64,000 nt of DNA from NCBI GenBank assembly GCA_044376115.1, contig JBILLK010000003.1, positions 406,530 through 470,529 on the forward strand. The letters are read 5' to 3'. This document shows, in pieces, positions 10,270 to 22,126 of this stretch. The notes beneath the pieces were generated by a model, which saw only the letters and a program-made list of their open reading frames with translations, was not told the DNA's origin and did not search any database. Both the position numbers and the translations under genes were made by a program. Within the stretch, counting starts at the first letter, position 1, and every line of letters begins with the position of its first letter. This DNA comes from Polyangiaceae bacterium (GTDB lineage Bacteria > Myxococcota_A > Polyangia > Polyangiales > Polyangiaceae).

Positions 10270-11565
10270 TCAGCGCTCGTGCGCCAACACCGAACAGGCC
10301 ACCGTGGCCCGCACGTAGGACTGCGGATCGGCGAGCAAGCGCGCGGCCCGCTTTTGCTCTCCGAGGTTGACCAGGTGGCGAGCTGCGTACGCCCGCGCGA
10401 ATTGCGCTTCTCCGCTGAGCTCCTTCTCGAGCAGCACCACAACACGCTGATCCTGCAGGGACGCAAGCTCCCCCATCGCGCGGTTCTTGTCGGAGTCGTC
10501 GCTCTTGGCGATCTCGAGGAGCTTCTCGCGAGCCTCTTTTTGCTCCTTCTCGTTGCCCACCTGCGCCAGCCGACCGAGCGCGATCAACGCCACGCCGGCG
10601 TCGGTGTCTTTCTTCGCCTCACGCAGTGCTTCGAGCACTACGTCGTTGGTCGGGGCCATCAGCATGGCGAAGGTGCGATCTTCGCGCGTGCCGAGCTTGA
10701 TGGCCCGCACCAAAACGCCCAACGCAATTTCGTTGGCAGCGCGATCCTTCGGATCATTGAGGGCGAGCCGTGACAAAGCGATGGCTGCTGCGATGTTGGC
10801 TGCGCCGCCACTTTCAGCGATGCGCACGAGCTCCTCGCGGCCGCCGGCCTCGAACGTTGGTGAGGCGACATAAGCGTCGACGATCGACTCCTTCAGCCGG
10901 CTGTCTGCGCGCAACCAGAGGTCTTTCAGCGCGACCGTGGCTCGGTCCCCGCCAATTCGTCCGAGGGCCCTCACCGCAGCGGCCCGCGCAGCAGGGTACG
11001 GATCGACGCGGCCTGCCTCGACCAACGCGTCAAAGTCTTCCGGCGAGGGAGCCGACATGGCTGCGCGCAACGAGTTCATGCGCACGCGTTCGTCCAGGTC
11101 GAGGAAGAGCTGCCGCCGAAGCCCAAAGTCGTCAGAGTCAATCAGGCCGCGCGCGCCAAGCGCCTTGTAGGCGGGGCGGGCATCGCCATCGAGGGCGAGG
11201 TCCACGTACTCATCGATGCTCACCACGCCCGACGAAAGCAGCAGCTGACCCGCAACGGCGCCGAGGTCATCGCCCTTGTCGAAGCGGGCTGAAAGCTCAC
11301 CTTCAACCTGCTCGGCGCAGCCACCGAATACCAGCAGCAGCTGCTCACCTTCAGCGTCTTTGGCCTGACGAATCTCGACTTCAGCGATGGCCAGAGCGAT
11401 GTCTTCCACGTCACCGTCGGAGAGCTCATCCGACTTTTGCGCCGCCTCGATCTCCTTGGCAAGCTTCGGGTAGTCGGGCTTTCGAGCCGTCTCCACCATC
11501 GGGCTTACGGCGCATCCCGCCGCAGTCATCAGCACCAAGGCCACGCCGAGGGAGACGATTCGCAT
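10270..11565 (-). CDS. HEAT-repeat lipoprotein
   Basis: Lipobox AAGC; HEAT-like repeats (ARAAAVRALGRIG, VRATVAC). Confidence 0.8.
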   Translation of the reverse strand: MRIVSLGVALVLMTAAGCAVSPMVETARKPDYPKLAKEIEAAQKSDELSDGDVEDIALAIAEVEIRQAKDAEGEQLLLVFGGCAEQVEGELSARFDKGDDLGAVAGQLLLSSGVVSIDEYVDLALDGDARPAYKALGARGLIDSDDFGLRRQLFLDLDERVRMNSLRAAMSAPSPEDFDALVEAGRVDPYPAARAAAVRALGRIGGDRATVALKDLWLRADSRLKESIVDAYVASPTFEAGGREELVRIAESGGAANIAAAIALSRLALNDPKDRAANEIALGVLVRAIKLGTREDRTFAMLMAPTNDVVLEALREAKKDTDAGVALIALGRLAQVGNEKEQKEAREKLLEIAKSDDSDKNRAMGELASLQDQRVVVLLEKELSGEAQFARAYAARHLVNLGEQKRAARLLADPQSYVRATVACSVLAHER

Positions 11566-11678
11566 GGTGAAGGAGTAGTTGCACTCGGGGCGGTTCGCAA
11601 AGCAAACTTCGCCCCTTTCCGAAATCCTTCCGCCCTACCGTTACTCGTTCGCCCGGAATGGGCGGCCTGCATAAACCC

Positions 11679-12650
11679 ATGTCCATCCACGTAATCGCCA
11701 ACCTCAGTGCGCGCGGCCTGAAACAGGGCTTCGCGCGCCGAACGGCGATTCGCGAGCTGACCGCTGGCCGCGCGACCCTCCACGAAACGAGCCGGCTCGA
11801 TCAGCTGCCCGAACTTTTGGAGCAGATCGTCCGTGATGGCTGCGAGCTGCTGATTCTCGGCGGCGGCGATGGCACGTTCATGAGCGGTGTCTCCGCTTTG
11901 GTGAAGGCCAAGGAGCAGGCCTCCGAAGGCGGATCGGGGAAGACGAGTCATTTCCCGGTCGTGGGGCTTTTGCCGCTGGGCACGGTTGGAACCGTGGCAC
12001 GCAACTTCGGGCCGGCGGGCAAGCCCGAGCTGCTGCTCGAGCAGTGGCTCTCCGGGGGAGAGCTCGCGGTGGTTCCGCGCCCAACTCTGCGCGTCGAAGC
12101 TCGACTCGGTGTCGAGCGTGTCGAGCGCGTCGGGTTCATCGTTGGGACCGGGCTCGTGGCCCAGTTCTTCGACGTTTATGAGGCGCGAGGCGCTACCGGC
12201 ACAGGCCTCGCAGCGAAGATCGCAGCACGCATTTTCGTGGAGTCCTTTCGTGGGGGGCCGCTGGCGACTCGGGTACTTACGCCAACGCCGTGCGAGCTAA
12301 CGATCGATGGGAAGTTGAGCGAGACGCGGGCTGTTTCCCTGTTGCTCGGCGCTGTGGTTCGCGACCTCGGGCTTTCGATGAAGGTCTGCTACCGCGCGGG
12401 GGAGGACCCAGCACGCTTTCATCTGGTCGCGAGTTCGCTTCCGCCGGTACGCCTCGGAAGGCGCGCCCCGCTCGTGATGCTCGGGCGGGAGATCGGCGGA
12501 GAGGGCTCGGTTGACCGGCTGGTTCAAAGCTTCGACTTGCGCTTCGTCGAGCCCGGAGGTCGCTTCGTTCTGGACGGCGATCTATTCAGCGCAGACAGCT
12601 TTGCGGTCCGCGCTGGGCCGGTGTTGCCCATCATCGGCCCGCGCCGATGA
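11679..12650 (+). CDS. Diacylglycerol kinase-family lipid kinase
   Basis: VIAN, GGGDGT, LPLGTVG, LDGD motifs. Confidence 0.85.
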   Translation: MSIHVIANLSARGLKQGFARRTAIRELTAGRATLHETSRLDQLPELLEQIVRDGCELLILGGGDGTFMSGVSALVKAKEQASEGGSGKTSHFPVVGLLPLGTVGTVARNFGPAGKPELLLEQWLSGGELAVVPRPTLRVEARLGVERVERVGFIVGTGLVAQFFDVYEARGATGTGLAAKIAARIFVESFRGGPLATRVLTPTPCELTIDGKLSETRAVSLLLGAVVRDLGLSMKVCYRAGEDPARFHLVASSLPPVRLGRRAPLVMLGREIGGEGSVDRLVQSFDLRFVEPGGRFVLDGDLFSADSFAVRAGPVLPIIGPRR

Positions 12651-12667
12651 TGAGCCCCGCCTTCGGC

Positions 12668-14350
<1,683 letters not shown>

Positions 14351-14506
14351 TCAGCTTCCAGTGAGGTTCGTAGCGTGCCGATCGTTCGTGAGAACCACGT
14401 GAACGGCACAAGCGTTGCGACGCCAACGCCGACGTCGCAGTTGGGAGTTAAGTGGCCTCGCGCGTCGCGTCAACGCGATCGATTTCGTATCCGTCGTTCG
14501 GCAAGA

Positions 14507-15343
14507 GTGGTACTTTGCTCGACCCACTTGAGGCTCGCGCGAATCCTTCCACGAAGGGCCCTGCGCCCTCGCTTGGCACTCGAGCGTGACGGCCATTTGT
14601 ATGACGTCGAGGCCCTCGAGACGGCGCTGGGACAGCCGTTTCAATCGGAAGACCCGTCGGATTTCAGAGGTCGCGTCGTTGCCCTGGGGTTGGCCGGGTT
14701 GCGTGAGCTCGATCAGGCGCTGCTCACAGGCCGTCGTCCGAGGAGCGCCTACCTCGAGGGCGCGGGCTTGTTACCGCCCTTCGACGCTGAGGCCGGAAGC
14801 CATTTCCAGGTCGATCTTCGCGCGGAGCCTGCGACGTTTGCTCCTGGAGTGGCGCGCGCGGTGCTGGGCCAGGACGAATTCGTGGGCCTCCACCCGGGTG
14901 AGCTCACGATCTGCCCGGCGCTCGCGGTGGTGTTGGGCGAGGAGCTGCAGGCGGCGTCTCTTCACGAGGTACGAGCCGCCATTGTGGGCTTTTCGCTGGG
15001 CATCGCGTGGGGGGGAGCAGGGGGCCACCGCGTGCTTCGGCAGACCACGCAGTGTGGCCCGCTGCTGCTTACCCCCAACGAGCTGCGCCTGCCGAGCCTC
15101 GTGCTCACGCTGCATGTCGGGGAGCAGACGACGCGGGTCGAGGCCCCGGCGAACCTTGCGAAGGTCATCGAGCAGAGCTTGGTCGAGCTGTCCGGCGATG
15201 TGACGCTCGCAGGCGGCGACTTGGTGACGTTCCTTTTGCCAAGCCCTTCGCTGTTGGTGCGCGAGCACGAGCCAGTCGCGCTCACTCTGCCCAACGTCAT
15301 GAGCCTGCGTGGGGTTGGCGTCCCGCGGCGTGCCCAGCGTTGA
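14507..15343 (+). CDS. Degenerate fumarylacetoacetate hydrolase-like protein
   Basis: ALAVVLGE..AIVGFS, CGPLLLTPNEL, VTLAGGDLV resemble the FAH fold; start uncertain. Confidence 0.5.
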   Translation: MVLCSTHLRLARILPRRALRPRLALERDGHLYDVEALETALGQPFQSEDPSDFRGRVVALGLAGLRELDQALLTGRRPRSAYLEGAGLLPPFDAEAGSHFQVDLRAEPATFAPGVARAVLGQDEFVGLHPGELTICPALAVVLGEELQAASLHEVRAAIVGFSLGIAWGGAGGHRVLRQTTQCGPLLLTPNELRLPSLVLTLHVGEQTTRVEAPANLAKVIEQSLVELSGDVTLAGGDLVTFLLPSPSLLVREHEPVALTLPNVMSLRGVGVPRRAQR

Positions 15344-15346
15344 TGC

Positions 15347-15919
15347 TTAGAAGGTGCCGGCTACGCCGAGACCGACGGCGTCACGAACGACGAACGGCAC
15401 CGGGCTGATCGAAGCGCTCGCGGTGTTGTCCGTTTGAAGAAAGATGCTTTCGGCGATGAGCCCCAGCCCGCCGAGTTGCAGCAGTGCGTCGACCACGTAG
15501 ATGGTGCCGCGAAGGCCCATCATCCCGCCGCAATCTCCTTCGCCGATGGTGGTCTCTTCACCGGGAGCGCAGCCGCTCTCACCGAGCCCGATCCACGGGC
15601 CAGCAACCGGGATGAAGAGGTAATCGGCTCCGGGAAGATCCGTCCACAAGGCACCCATCAGCGCCATGCTGCCGTACGAGACGGCAAACATGCCGAGCCC
15701 GCCCACCAGGGCTCGCCAGCGCGCATCCGGCGGAGGTAACCCACCAATGTCACCGCTTGCAGCGCCGGCTGGTGCAGCGACCTTCGCCTCGGGCGCTGGT
15801 GCGGCAACAACCTTCGCTTCGGGCGCTGGTGCGGCCGCCTGCGCTAGCGCCTCGCCGCTTACGCTCAGCGCGAGCCCAACGGCGAGGGTGGACGCAGCGG
15901 ACAGAACTCGCGCCGTCAT
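15347..15919 (-). CDS. Hypothetical exported/membrane protein
   Basis: ATG overlaps upstream TGA; signal peptide, AAPAPEAKV repeats, LFIPVAGPW hydrophobic hairpin, ends GTF. Confidence 0.7.
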   Translation of the reverse strand: MTARVLSAASTLAVGLALSVSGEALAQAAAPAPEAKVVAAPAPEAKVAAPAGAASGDIGGLPPPDARWRALVGGLGMFAVSYGSMALMGALWTDLPGADYLFIPVAGPWIGLGESGCAPGEETTIGEGDCGGMMGLRGTIYVVDALLQLGGLGLIAESIFLQTDNTASASISPVPFVVRDAVGLGVAGTF

Positions 15920-16422
15920 TTCTTCTTCGGATCCTTCGTCGGCGTGGCGGAGGGGTTGGGCGCGAGTTTGACCGTGTACGGGATGGTCAACTGGCCCTCG
16001 AAGGTGAGGGCGTACTCGCCAACGAACGCGCGCTTGATGCAGTTCTCCACCGCGGTTCCGGCGAACGGCGTACCAACCACCGCATCCACGACTTTGCCGG
16101 CCTTGCCGTCCACCACCACCTGAATCTCGCCCTCGCCAGCGACGTTGGCGTTGGCTGCCTTGTTGCACTGAGCAGCCTTCTCCCCGCCGCGGCGAAGAGC
16201 CACCTTGATCTGGTCCTTGGTGTCTTGGTTCAACTCGTCGGGGGACGAGGTTTCCACCGGCGGAGGAGCCTTGGGCGTGACCGTGCTGTCCGTCATCGGG
16301 ATCGAAATCTCGAACTCGTCCTTCGGCGGAGCAGAAGCACATGCCACCGCGGAGCCTGCAAGAGCGGCGAGAAAAAGCGAGAGAGTTCCTCGATGGCGAA
16401 AGCTCGGTGCGCGATGGATCAT
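15916..16422 (-). CDS. Lipoprotein with AgmX/PglI-C (TonB-C-like) domain
   Basis: Lipobox AVAC; C...G+V.VVV..G.V...AVENCI pattern. Confidence 0.65.
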   Translation of the reverse strand: MIHRAPSFRHRGTLSLFLAALAGSAVACASAPPKDEFEISIPMTDSTVTPKAPPPVETSSPDELNQDTKDQIKVALRRGGEKAAQCNKAANANVAGEGEIQVVVDGKAGKVVDAVVGTPFAGTAVENCIKRAFVGEYALTFEGQLTIPYTVKLAPNPSATPTKDPKKK

Positions 16423-16540
16423 TTCGACTGTCTCCCAATTCTGCGACGGTGCGGGGGGACCTTAGCAAGGCTGTGCCAAGGATGGGAAAGGTTGTTCCGC
16501 TTGCGGATTGTGTTATCCGCAAAGCGTGCGGCTTCGATTC

Positions 16541-17983
16541 ATGCCTGCGGCTTTGATCTTGGTCGCGTTGGCTGCGGCGCTGTCGCCCGAAAGCCACGCT
16601 GATCAGACTCCCCAGCCGGTCGCTTCGGCTCGGTCCGCCGCGACAGCAGACGAGGTTGGTCGTGCGGTAAGCGAGCTCGCGCGGAAGATCGAGAAGCTCG
16701 GCGGCACGCTGAGCGCATCGGTGGTCGCCGTCGATTCGGGGGCGATTCTCGGCGAGCACAACTCGCACGAGCCGCTCAATCCCGCGTCCAACGCCAAGCT
16801 GCTGACCGCTGGCTTGGTGCTCGAACAGCTCGGGCCTGAACACCGGTTCGTTGCCGGCCTGACCGGTGAGCTCAAAGAAGGTCGGGTCGAGGAACTGACG
16901 CTACGCGGCAACTGGGATCCCTCTCTCGACGCAGCGGCCCTGCGCGGACTCGTGCGGCAATTGCGGGTGCGTGGAGTGGAGTCGGTCAACCACGTGTTGG
17001 TCGATCAAGGCCGGTTCTCGGGCTCGTTCACCCCACCGGCGTTCGAGCAGCAACCGGGGGAGTGGGCGCCTTTCCGTGCGCCGGTTGCGCCCACGAGCTA
17101 CGAGCGAAACACCGTCACCGTTTGGGTGACGCCCGGCCGCGAGCCGAAAGACGTCGCCAAATTAAACGTCGACCCGCTGGGCTTTCTCGAGCTGAGCGGG
17201 AGCGTGAAGACCTCTTCCGACTCCGAGTCGGAGAAGATCGGGCTCACCCTGACGCCGGGCAGCACGCTGAAGGCCAAGCTCGGCGGCTCCATCCCGGTTG
17301 GTTCGGGGCCAGTCCCAGCGATTCGTCGTGTGGAAGACCCATCGTTGCTCGCGGGCCATGCCTTGCGCGCGTTGCTCGAAGAGCAGGGCATTACGGTCAA
17401 AGGTGAAGTCCGGCCAGGTACGAAGGCACGCCAATCGCTGTTGGCAAGTCGCCCCTCCCCTTCGGTGGCCGAGCTTTTGGCGCGACTCGGTAAAGACAGC
17501 GACAACTTCACCGCCGAGATGCTCTTTCTCGCGGCGGGAGCCTCGAGCAGCGGTGAAACGAGCTTCGGCCAGGCTCAAAGCAGCGCGCTGGCGCACGCCA
17601 AACTTCGCGGCGTCCCCGACGGCGAATGGCTGGTCCAAAATGGCTCGGGCCTCTTCCAAGCGAACAAAGCCAGCGCCAACGCCATCACCACGCTGCTTCG
17701 CAATGAGGCGCGCTCTTCACGAACCGGGCCCGAGTACGTGGCTCATCTCGCGGTTGGTGGCGTCGACGGCACGCTCAAGAAGCGCCTCAAACCCTTGGCG
17801 ACCTCGCGCACCGTCCGCGCAAAAACCGGAACGCTCGCCGCAAGCGTCGCACTCTCCGGCTACGTCCTAGGCTCAGACGGCCAACCTCTGTTCGCGTTCT
17901 CCTTCATCACCGGATCGGTCAAAGGCAAAACGGGCCAGGCTCGGGACGCCATCGATGATGCCGTCCTGGCGCTGGCCCGCTAA
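16541..17983 (+). CDS. dacB: D-Ala-D-Ala carboxypeptidase/endopeptidase (PBP4, S13)
   Basis: PASNAK (SxxK), SDN, NGSGL, KTGT motifs. Confidence 0.93.
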   Translation: MPAALILVALAAALSPESHADQTPQPVASARSAATADEVGRAVSELARKIEKLGGTLSASVVAVDSGAILGEHNSHEPLNPASNAKLLTAGLVLEQLGPEHRFVAGLTGELKEGRVEELTLRGNWDPSLDAAALRGLVRQLRVRGVESVNHVLVDQGRFSGSFTPPAFEQQPGEWAPFRAPVAPTSYERNTVTVWVTPGREPKDVAKLNVDPLGFLELSGSVKTSSDSESEKIGLTLTPGSTLKAKLGGSIPVGSGPVPAIRRVEDPSLLAGHALRALLEEQGITVKGEVRPGTKARQSLLASRPSPSVAELLARLGKDSDNFTAEMLFLAAGASSSGETSFGQAQSSALAHAKLRGVPDGEWLVQNGSGLFQANKASANAITTLLRNEARSSRTGPEYVAHLAVGGVDGTLKKRLKPLATSRTVRAKTGTLAASVALSGYVLGSDGQPLFAFSFITGSVKGKTGQARDAIDDAVLALAR

Positions 17984-18010
17984 GGGCCTTTGAGACTCAG
18001 CTAGCGAGGC

Positions 18011-19624
18011 TCAGCTGAACGAGTCGCGAATCTGACGACGAATCTTCCCGAGGGCCTGCTCTTGCAACTGCCGGATACGCTCGCGCGACAGGTTGTACTT
18101 GTCACCGATCTCCTTCAGCGTGAGCTCGTCCTCGTCATCCAGACCGAAGCGCCAACGAAGGATGCGCGCCTCGATCGGCGTGAGCGTAGCGAGGAGGCGA
18201 CGCACCTCATCTCCCCAGCTTTGATCGGCCAGGGTGTCGAACGGCGACTTGGCCTCTTCATCCTGGAGGAAGTCGAGGAACTTGCGACCGTCTTCATCTC
18301 CGACCGGTCGGTCGAGTGAGAAGGGCGTCTCGGCTTGGAATTCGCGAACACGCTCGAGCTTTTCGGCGGGTACGCCGGTCTCGCGCTCGAGCTCCGCCAT
18401 CGACGGCTCTTCCCCGGTGCGGGCCAGCAGACTCTGCCGAGCCTTTGCAACGCGGTTGTAGGTGTCGAGCATGTGCACGGGGATGCGCACGGCTCGGCCC
18501 TTGTCGGCTAAGGCGCGGCTAACCGCATGACGAATCCACCACGAGGCGTAGGTTGAGAAGCGGTAGCCGCGACGATGGTCGAAGCGCTCGACGGCCTTCA
18601 TCAGCCCGATGTTGCCCTCTTGGATGAGGTCGATCAGCGGAAGGCGACCGCGGTTGTAGCGACGTGCAATCGAAACCACCAAGCGAAGGTTGGCCTTCAC
18701 GAAGCGGTTCTTCACCGCCAGCTGGCGATTCCAGGTTGCGCGAACGTTGGCGAGGTAAGCGTCGTACTCGGCCGACGGCTCGAGCCGCGGACGGGAGAGC
18801 ATCGCCTCGATGTCTTCCTCCTCGTTCGGGAAGTCAGCGTCGGTCACGAGCTGACGGGCGATTTGGAAGGCGTCGGCCATCCAGATTCGATCCGAGTCGG
18901 GCAACCGGATGCCAGCCGCGAGCGAAGCCGAGGTGGACTCCCATTTCTTCTTTTGCTCGGCATTGAACTTGCCGCCCTGGCTGTGGAACACAGTAACCAG
19001 CGCCTGAAGCTCCGGGAGCTCAGGGACCTGAACGACCTCAGGACCGGCTTTGGCTACGTGGACTGCAAGGTTGGCGAGAATGTGTTCAGCCGCCGGGATG
19101 TGCGAGAGAAGCGCCACCCAATGGGCGAACTCGGTCTGTTCAACCGCTTGAGCAGTTGCCACCTCTTCTTCTTGTGGCATGACTGCGTGAGTGGCCATCT
19201 CACGGAAGTACCTGCCGAGCGTCGAGTCTCCTGGCCCGTCTTCAAAGCGGCCGGCCGCGGGTAGCACCACCGGGGTGTCATCATCCGTGTTCAGCGCGTG
19301 GTTACGCAGCGTTGACTCGGCCTCCTTGAGTTCAGTGCGGGCCGGGCGGATGGCTGTTTGGTCCAGTGCCTCATCATCGGCGCCGCCGAACAGGTCCACG
19401 TCCACACCGTCATCCATGGCCAAGCCGGCAGAGGACGGTGGAGCTCCCGATTCAGCGATCGGGTACTCACGCGTTTCTTCATCAACCATCTCCCCTTCGA
19501 AGCTCGGAGCTTCGAATTCCGGGGTGCGGGCCAACGCTGTGTTGCCCACCGACGTGGGCTCGCTCGAACGAACGGGCGCACGCTTCGCTGACGACACGGA
19601 TCGAATTTTGGCTTGCCTGGGCAT
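18011..19624 (-). CDS. RpoD/SigA-family sigma-70 factor (paralog)
   Basis: [41 protein letters not shown], region 4 TLKEIG..SRERIRQ. Confidence 0.95.
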   Translation of the reverse strand: MPRQAKIRSVSSAKRAPVRSSEPTSVGNTALARTPEFEAPSFEGEMVDEETREYPIAESGAPPSSAGLAMDDGVDVDLFGGADDEALDQTAIRPARTELKEAESTLRNHALNTDDDTPVVLPAAGRFEDGPGDSTLGRYFREMATHAVMPQEEEVATAQAVEQTEFAHWVALLSHIPAAEHILANLAVHVAKAGPEVVQVPELPELQALVTVFHSQGGKFNAEQKKKWESTSASLAAGIRLPDSDRIWMADAFQIARQLVTDADFPNEEEDIEAMLSRPRLEPSAEYDAYLANVRATWNRQLAVKNRFVKANLRLVVSIARRYNRGRLPLIDLIQEGNIGLMKAVERFDHRRGYRFSTYASWWIRHAVSRALADKGRAVRIPVHMLDTYNRVAKARQSLLARTGEEPSMAELERETGVPAEKLERVREFQAETPFSLDRPVGDEDGRKFLDFLQDEEAKSPFDTLADQSWGDEVRRLLATLTPIEARILRWRFGLDDEDELTLKEIGDKYNLSRERIRQLQEQALGKIRRQIRDSFS

Positions 19625-20070
19625 CGCTTCCTCGGTTTTGGGGCAGAATGTAAGAACGGCTAGGGGTTGACCGGTGGCCCTTTGATTTTTCGATCGAAGG
19701 GTCAACTACATGACGTTCGAGAGTGACATTTGGTTCGCAAAGTTTTGTTGCGTTTCATGTCCTTTTGAGTCAGCGGTTTGTGACCGTCCTGCGCGAAACC
19801 CACCACCCAATGAATTGATTCCCGGCCGAAGTGGTTTGTTGGTTGCAGCACGAGTCTTCTGGTCGCGTGCAACATGAATGCCCCGAACTAAGTCCGACGA
19901 TCACGGGACTTACGGCGCAAATCGCAAAAGCTTAAGGCGCGCGCTACTCCAGACTCTCAAGAGGGTGGGGCAAATCGCGACACGCCGATCATGGAGGACG
20001 AGCGGCCCCCACAATAGGGGCCGCTCGTTAGGGGATTCGACGAAGCGCGCGCTTCGGATTCGAAGCGACG

Positions 20071-21147
20071 TTAAAACTGTGAAAGGAAGCGCGGGTCGTT
20101 GTCGAACAGCAGCTTGATGTTCGGGATGCCGTAGCGAAGCATCGCCAGACGATCGATGCCCATGCCAAAGGCGAAGCCGGTCACCTTCTCGGGATCGAGC
20201 CCGGTGTGACGGAAGACGTCGGGGTGCACCATGCCGCAACCCCCGACCTCCAACCAACCGGTGGCCTTGCAGACGCGGCAACTCGAGCGCGTGCCTTGCT
20301 CGACCGAACAGAAGACGCAGCCGACGTCGACCTCTGCGCCGGGTTCAACGAACGGGAAGTAGCTCGGTCGGAAACGCGTTGGCGTGCCAGGCCCGTACAA
20401 GCGCTCAGCGAAGGCTGAGAGGACGCCACGCAGCTCGGCCATGCTCACGGCCGTATCGATCAGAAAGCCCTCCATCTGGTGGAACATGGGCGAGTGGGTC
20501 ACGTCGTCATCACGGCGGTACACAGCACCGGCGCTGACCACCGCCAAGCGCGGGGGTTCTCCAGCCGCTACCCGAGCCGCGAGCTTCATCATCTCGCGAA
20601 CCTGAACGTTGCTGGTGTGGGTGCGCAGCAGCACCTTGTTGTTGAACCAGAAGCTGTCCTGCATGTCGGTTGCAGGGTGATCCGGCGGGAACGCGAGCTT
20701 GGTGAAGTTGTTCTCCTCCAGCTCGACCTCCGGCCCATCCACCGAGGCGAAGCCCAACTCACGAAAGATGCCGAGCAGCTCGTCACGGACCGAAAGCACC
20801 GGATGGCGGTGGCCCCGGCCAAAGGAAAGGCGCCCCGGCAATGAAAGATCAAACGGAAGGCCCGAAAGCTCGGCCTGCAGTGCCTGCTCCGCCAGCCGCT
20901 TCAGCTCGTTCGCAAACGTCGTCTCCACGTCGGCTCGAAAGGCGTTCACCAAGGCGCCGATGCGCGGGCGTTCTTCCGCAGCCACGTCGCGCAGGAGCGC
21001 CAAGACGGCCGTCAGATCGCCCTTCTTTCCAAGCAACTTCGCGTAGTCGGCGCGCAGCTGCTGTTCGTTGTTCGCAGCCGAGAACGCCTCCCGAAACTGC
21101 GTGCCAAGGTTTTGAAGTCGACTTTCGATCTCGCTAGCGGCGCTCAT
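20071..21147 (-). CDS. pheS: Phenylalanine--tRNA ligase alpha subunit
   Basis: HPATDMQDSF, LLRTHTS, FRPSYFPFVEP, GFAFGMGIDR. Confidence 0.99.
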   Translation of the reverse strand: MSAASEIESRLQNLGTQFREAFSAANNEQQLRADYAKLLGKKGDLTAVLALLRDVAAEERPRIGALVNAFRADVETTFANELKRLAEQALQAELSGLPFDLSLPGRLSFGRGHRHPVLSVRDELLGIFRELGFASVDGPEVELEENNFTKLAFPPDHPATDMQDSFWFNNKVLLRTHTSNVQVREMMKLAARVAAGEPPRLAVVSAGAVYRRDDDVTHSPMFHQMEGFLIDTAVSMAELRGVLSAFAERLYGPGTPTRFRPSYFPFVEPGAEVDVGCVFCSVEQGTRSSCRVCKATGWLEVGGCGMVHPDVFRHTGLDPEKVTGFAFGMGIDRLAMLRYGIPNIKLLFDNDPRFLSQF

Positions 21148-21241
21148 GGAGAATCTCCTCAAACGGGGCTTCGGGCCTCAGCAACCTGCGAGCCCTCGGC
21201 TGACAGCAACAAGCGTCCACCCCTTTGGTGGAACCGGAACG

Positions 21242-21271
21242 AAAAGACCCGACGAATCCGCCGGGTCTTTT
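21242..21271 (-). terminator. Intrinsic terminator after rplT
   Basis: aaaagacccg / cgggtctttt inverted repeat with U-tract. Confidence 0.8.
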
Positions 21272-21331
21272 GGGACTGCGGGAACGAGCTTTATCAGCCC
21301 GCTCACCCAGTTCTTTCGCACAAGCGTTGGT

Positions 21332-21679
21332 TCAACCCGCAGCGGCCTTGACGACAGCCTGGAAGCCAACCGGGTCAGCCACAGCGAGGTCGCTCAGGAT
21401 TTTGCGGTCCAGCGTGATGTTCGCCTTCTTGAGGAGGGAGATCAGCTTGCTGTAGGTGGTCCCGTTGGTGCGAGCGGCGGCGTTGATACGCACGATCCAC
21501 AGGCGTCGGAAGTCACGCTTCTTGAGCGCGCGGCTTACATAGCCGTACTCCCAAGCGTGACGAAGAACCTCAACCGCCTGGCGGAAGCGGTTCTTGCGGC
21601 CAAGGAAGTAACCCTCGGTCTGGTTGAGGACGCGGTTGCGACGACGACGGGCCTTAAAGCCTCTTTTTGCACGAGCCAT
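21332..21679 (-). CDS. rplT: 50S ribosomal protein L20
   Basis: [25 protein letters not shown]. Confidence 0.99.
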   Translation of the reverse strand: MARAKRGFKARRRRNRVLNQTEGYFLGRKNRFRQAVEVLRHAWEYGYVSRALKKRDFRRLWIVRINAAARTNGTTYSKLISLLKKANITLDRKILSDLAVADPVGFQAVVKAAAG

Positions 21680-21691
21680 GCTGGTTCCTCC

Positions 21692-21889
21692 TCAGCCGTA
21701 GGGCAGCATCAACTTGATGCGCTTCTCGAAGGTTCCGTCCACCATGTCGTTCTTGCGCAGGCGGCGGCAGCGTTTGCGGCTCTTTTCCTGCATACAGTGG
21801 TTCAGGCCACCCTTGCTGCGACGAACGCGGCCGGTGCCCGTGATCTTGAACCGCTTGGCTGCGGCTCGGTTCGTTTTCATCTTCGGCAT
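21692..21889 (-). CDS. rpmI: 50S ribosomal protein L35
   Basis: MPKMKTNRAAAKRFKITGTG..LMLPYG. Confidence 0.98.
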   Translation of the reverse strand: MPKMKTNRAAAKRFKITGTGRVRRSKGGLNHCMQEKSRKRCRRLRKNDMVDGTFEKRIKLMLPYG

Positions 21890-22126
21890 GACACAGTCCG
21901 ATCTCACGCTCTCCAAGGCCTCTCGCGGTTCGGCCGGCCATCGGTCGAAGCTGCGAGTTGTTCCAGAACCCAGGAAATGCGGGGGTGCGGGTTATGCTGG
22001 ACTCCCAGCACCCTGTCAAGCCGATCGGTCAACTGATTTGCGCGGTGAAACTGCTCAAAAATGCAGGGCCTTTCGACCCGTGCGACAAGACTCTACGCCG
22101 ACCGAAAGCGATGCTAGGCGCCACTC

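Noticed and set aside
15347..16843. 498-aa ORF as a single gene
   Set aside because: Its 5' part overlaps a real lipoprotein gene and dacB; true start is likely 15919
21148..21331. pheM-like attenuator leader peptide
   Set aside because: The only Phe-containing frame (VFSFRF) has no start codon and lies at or after the hairpin
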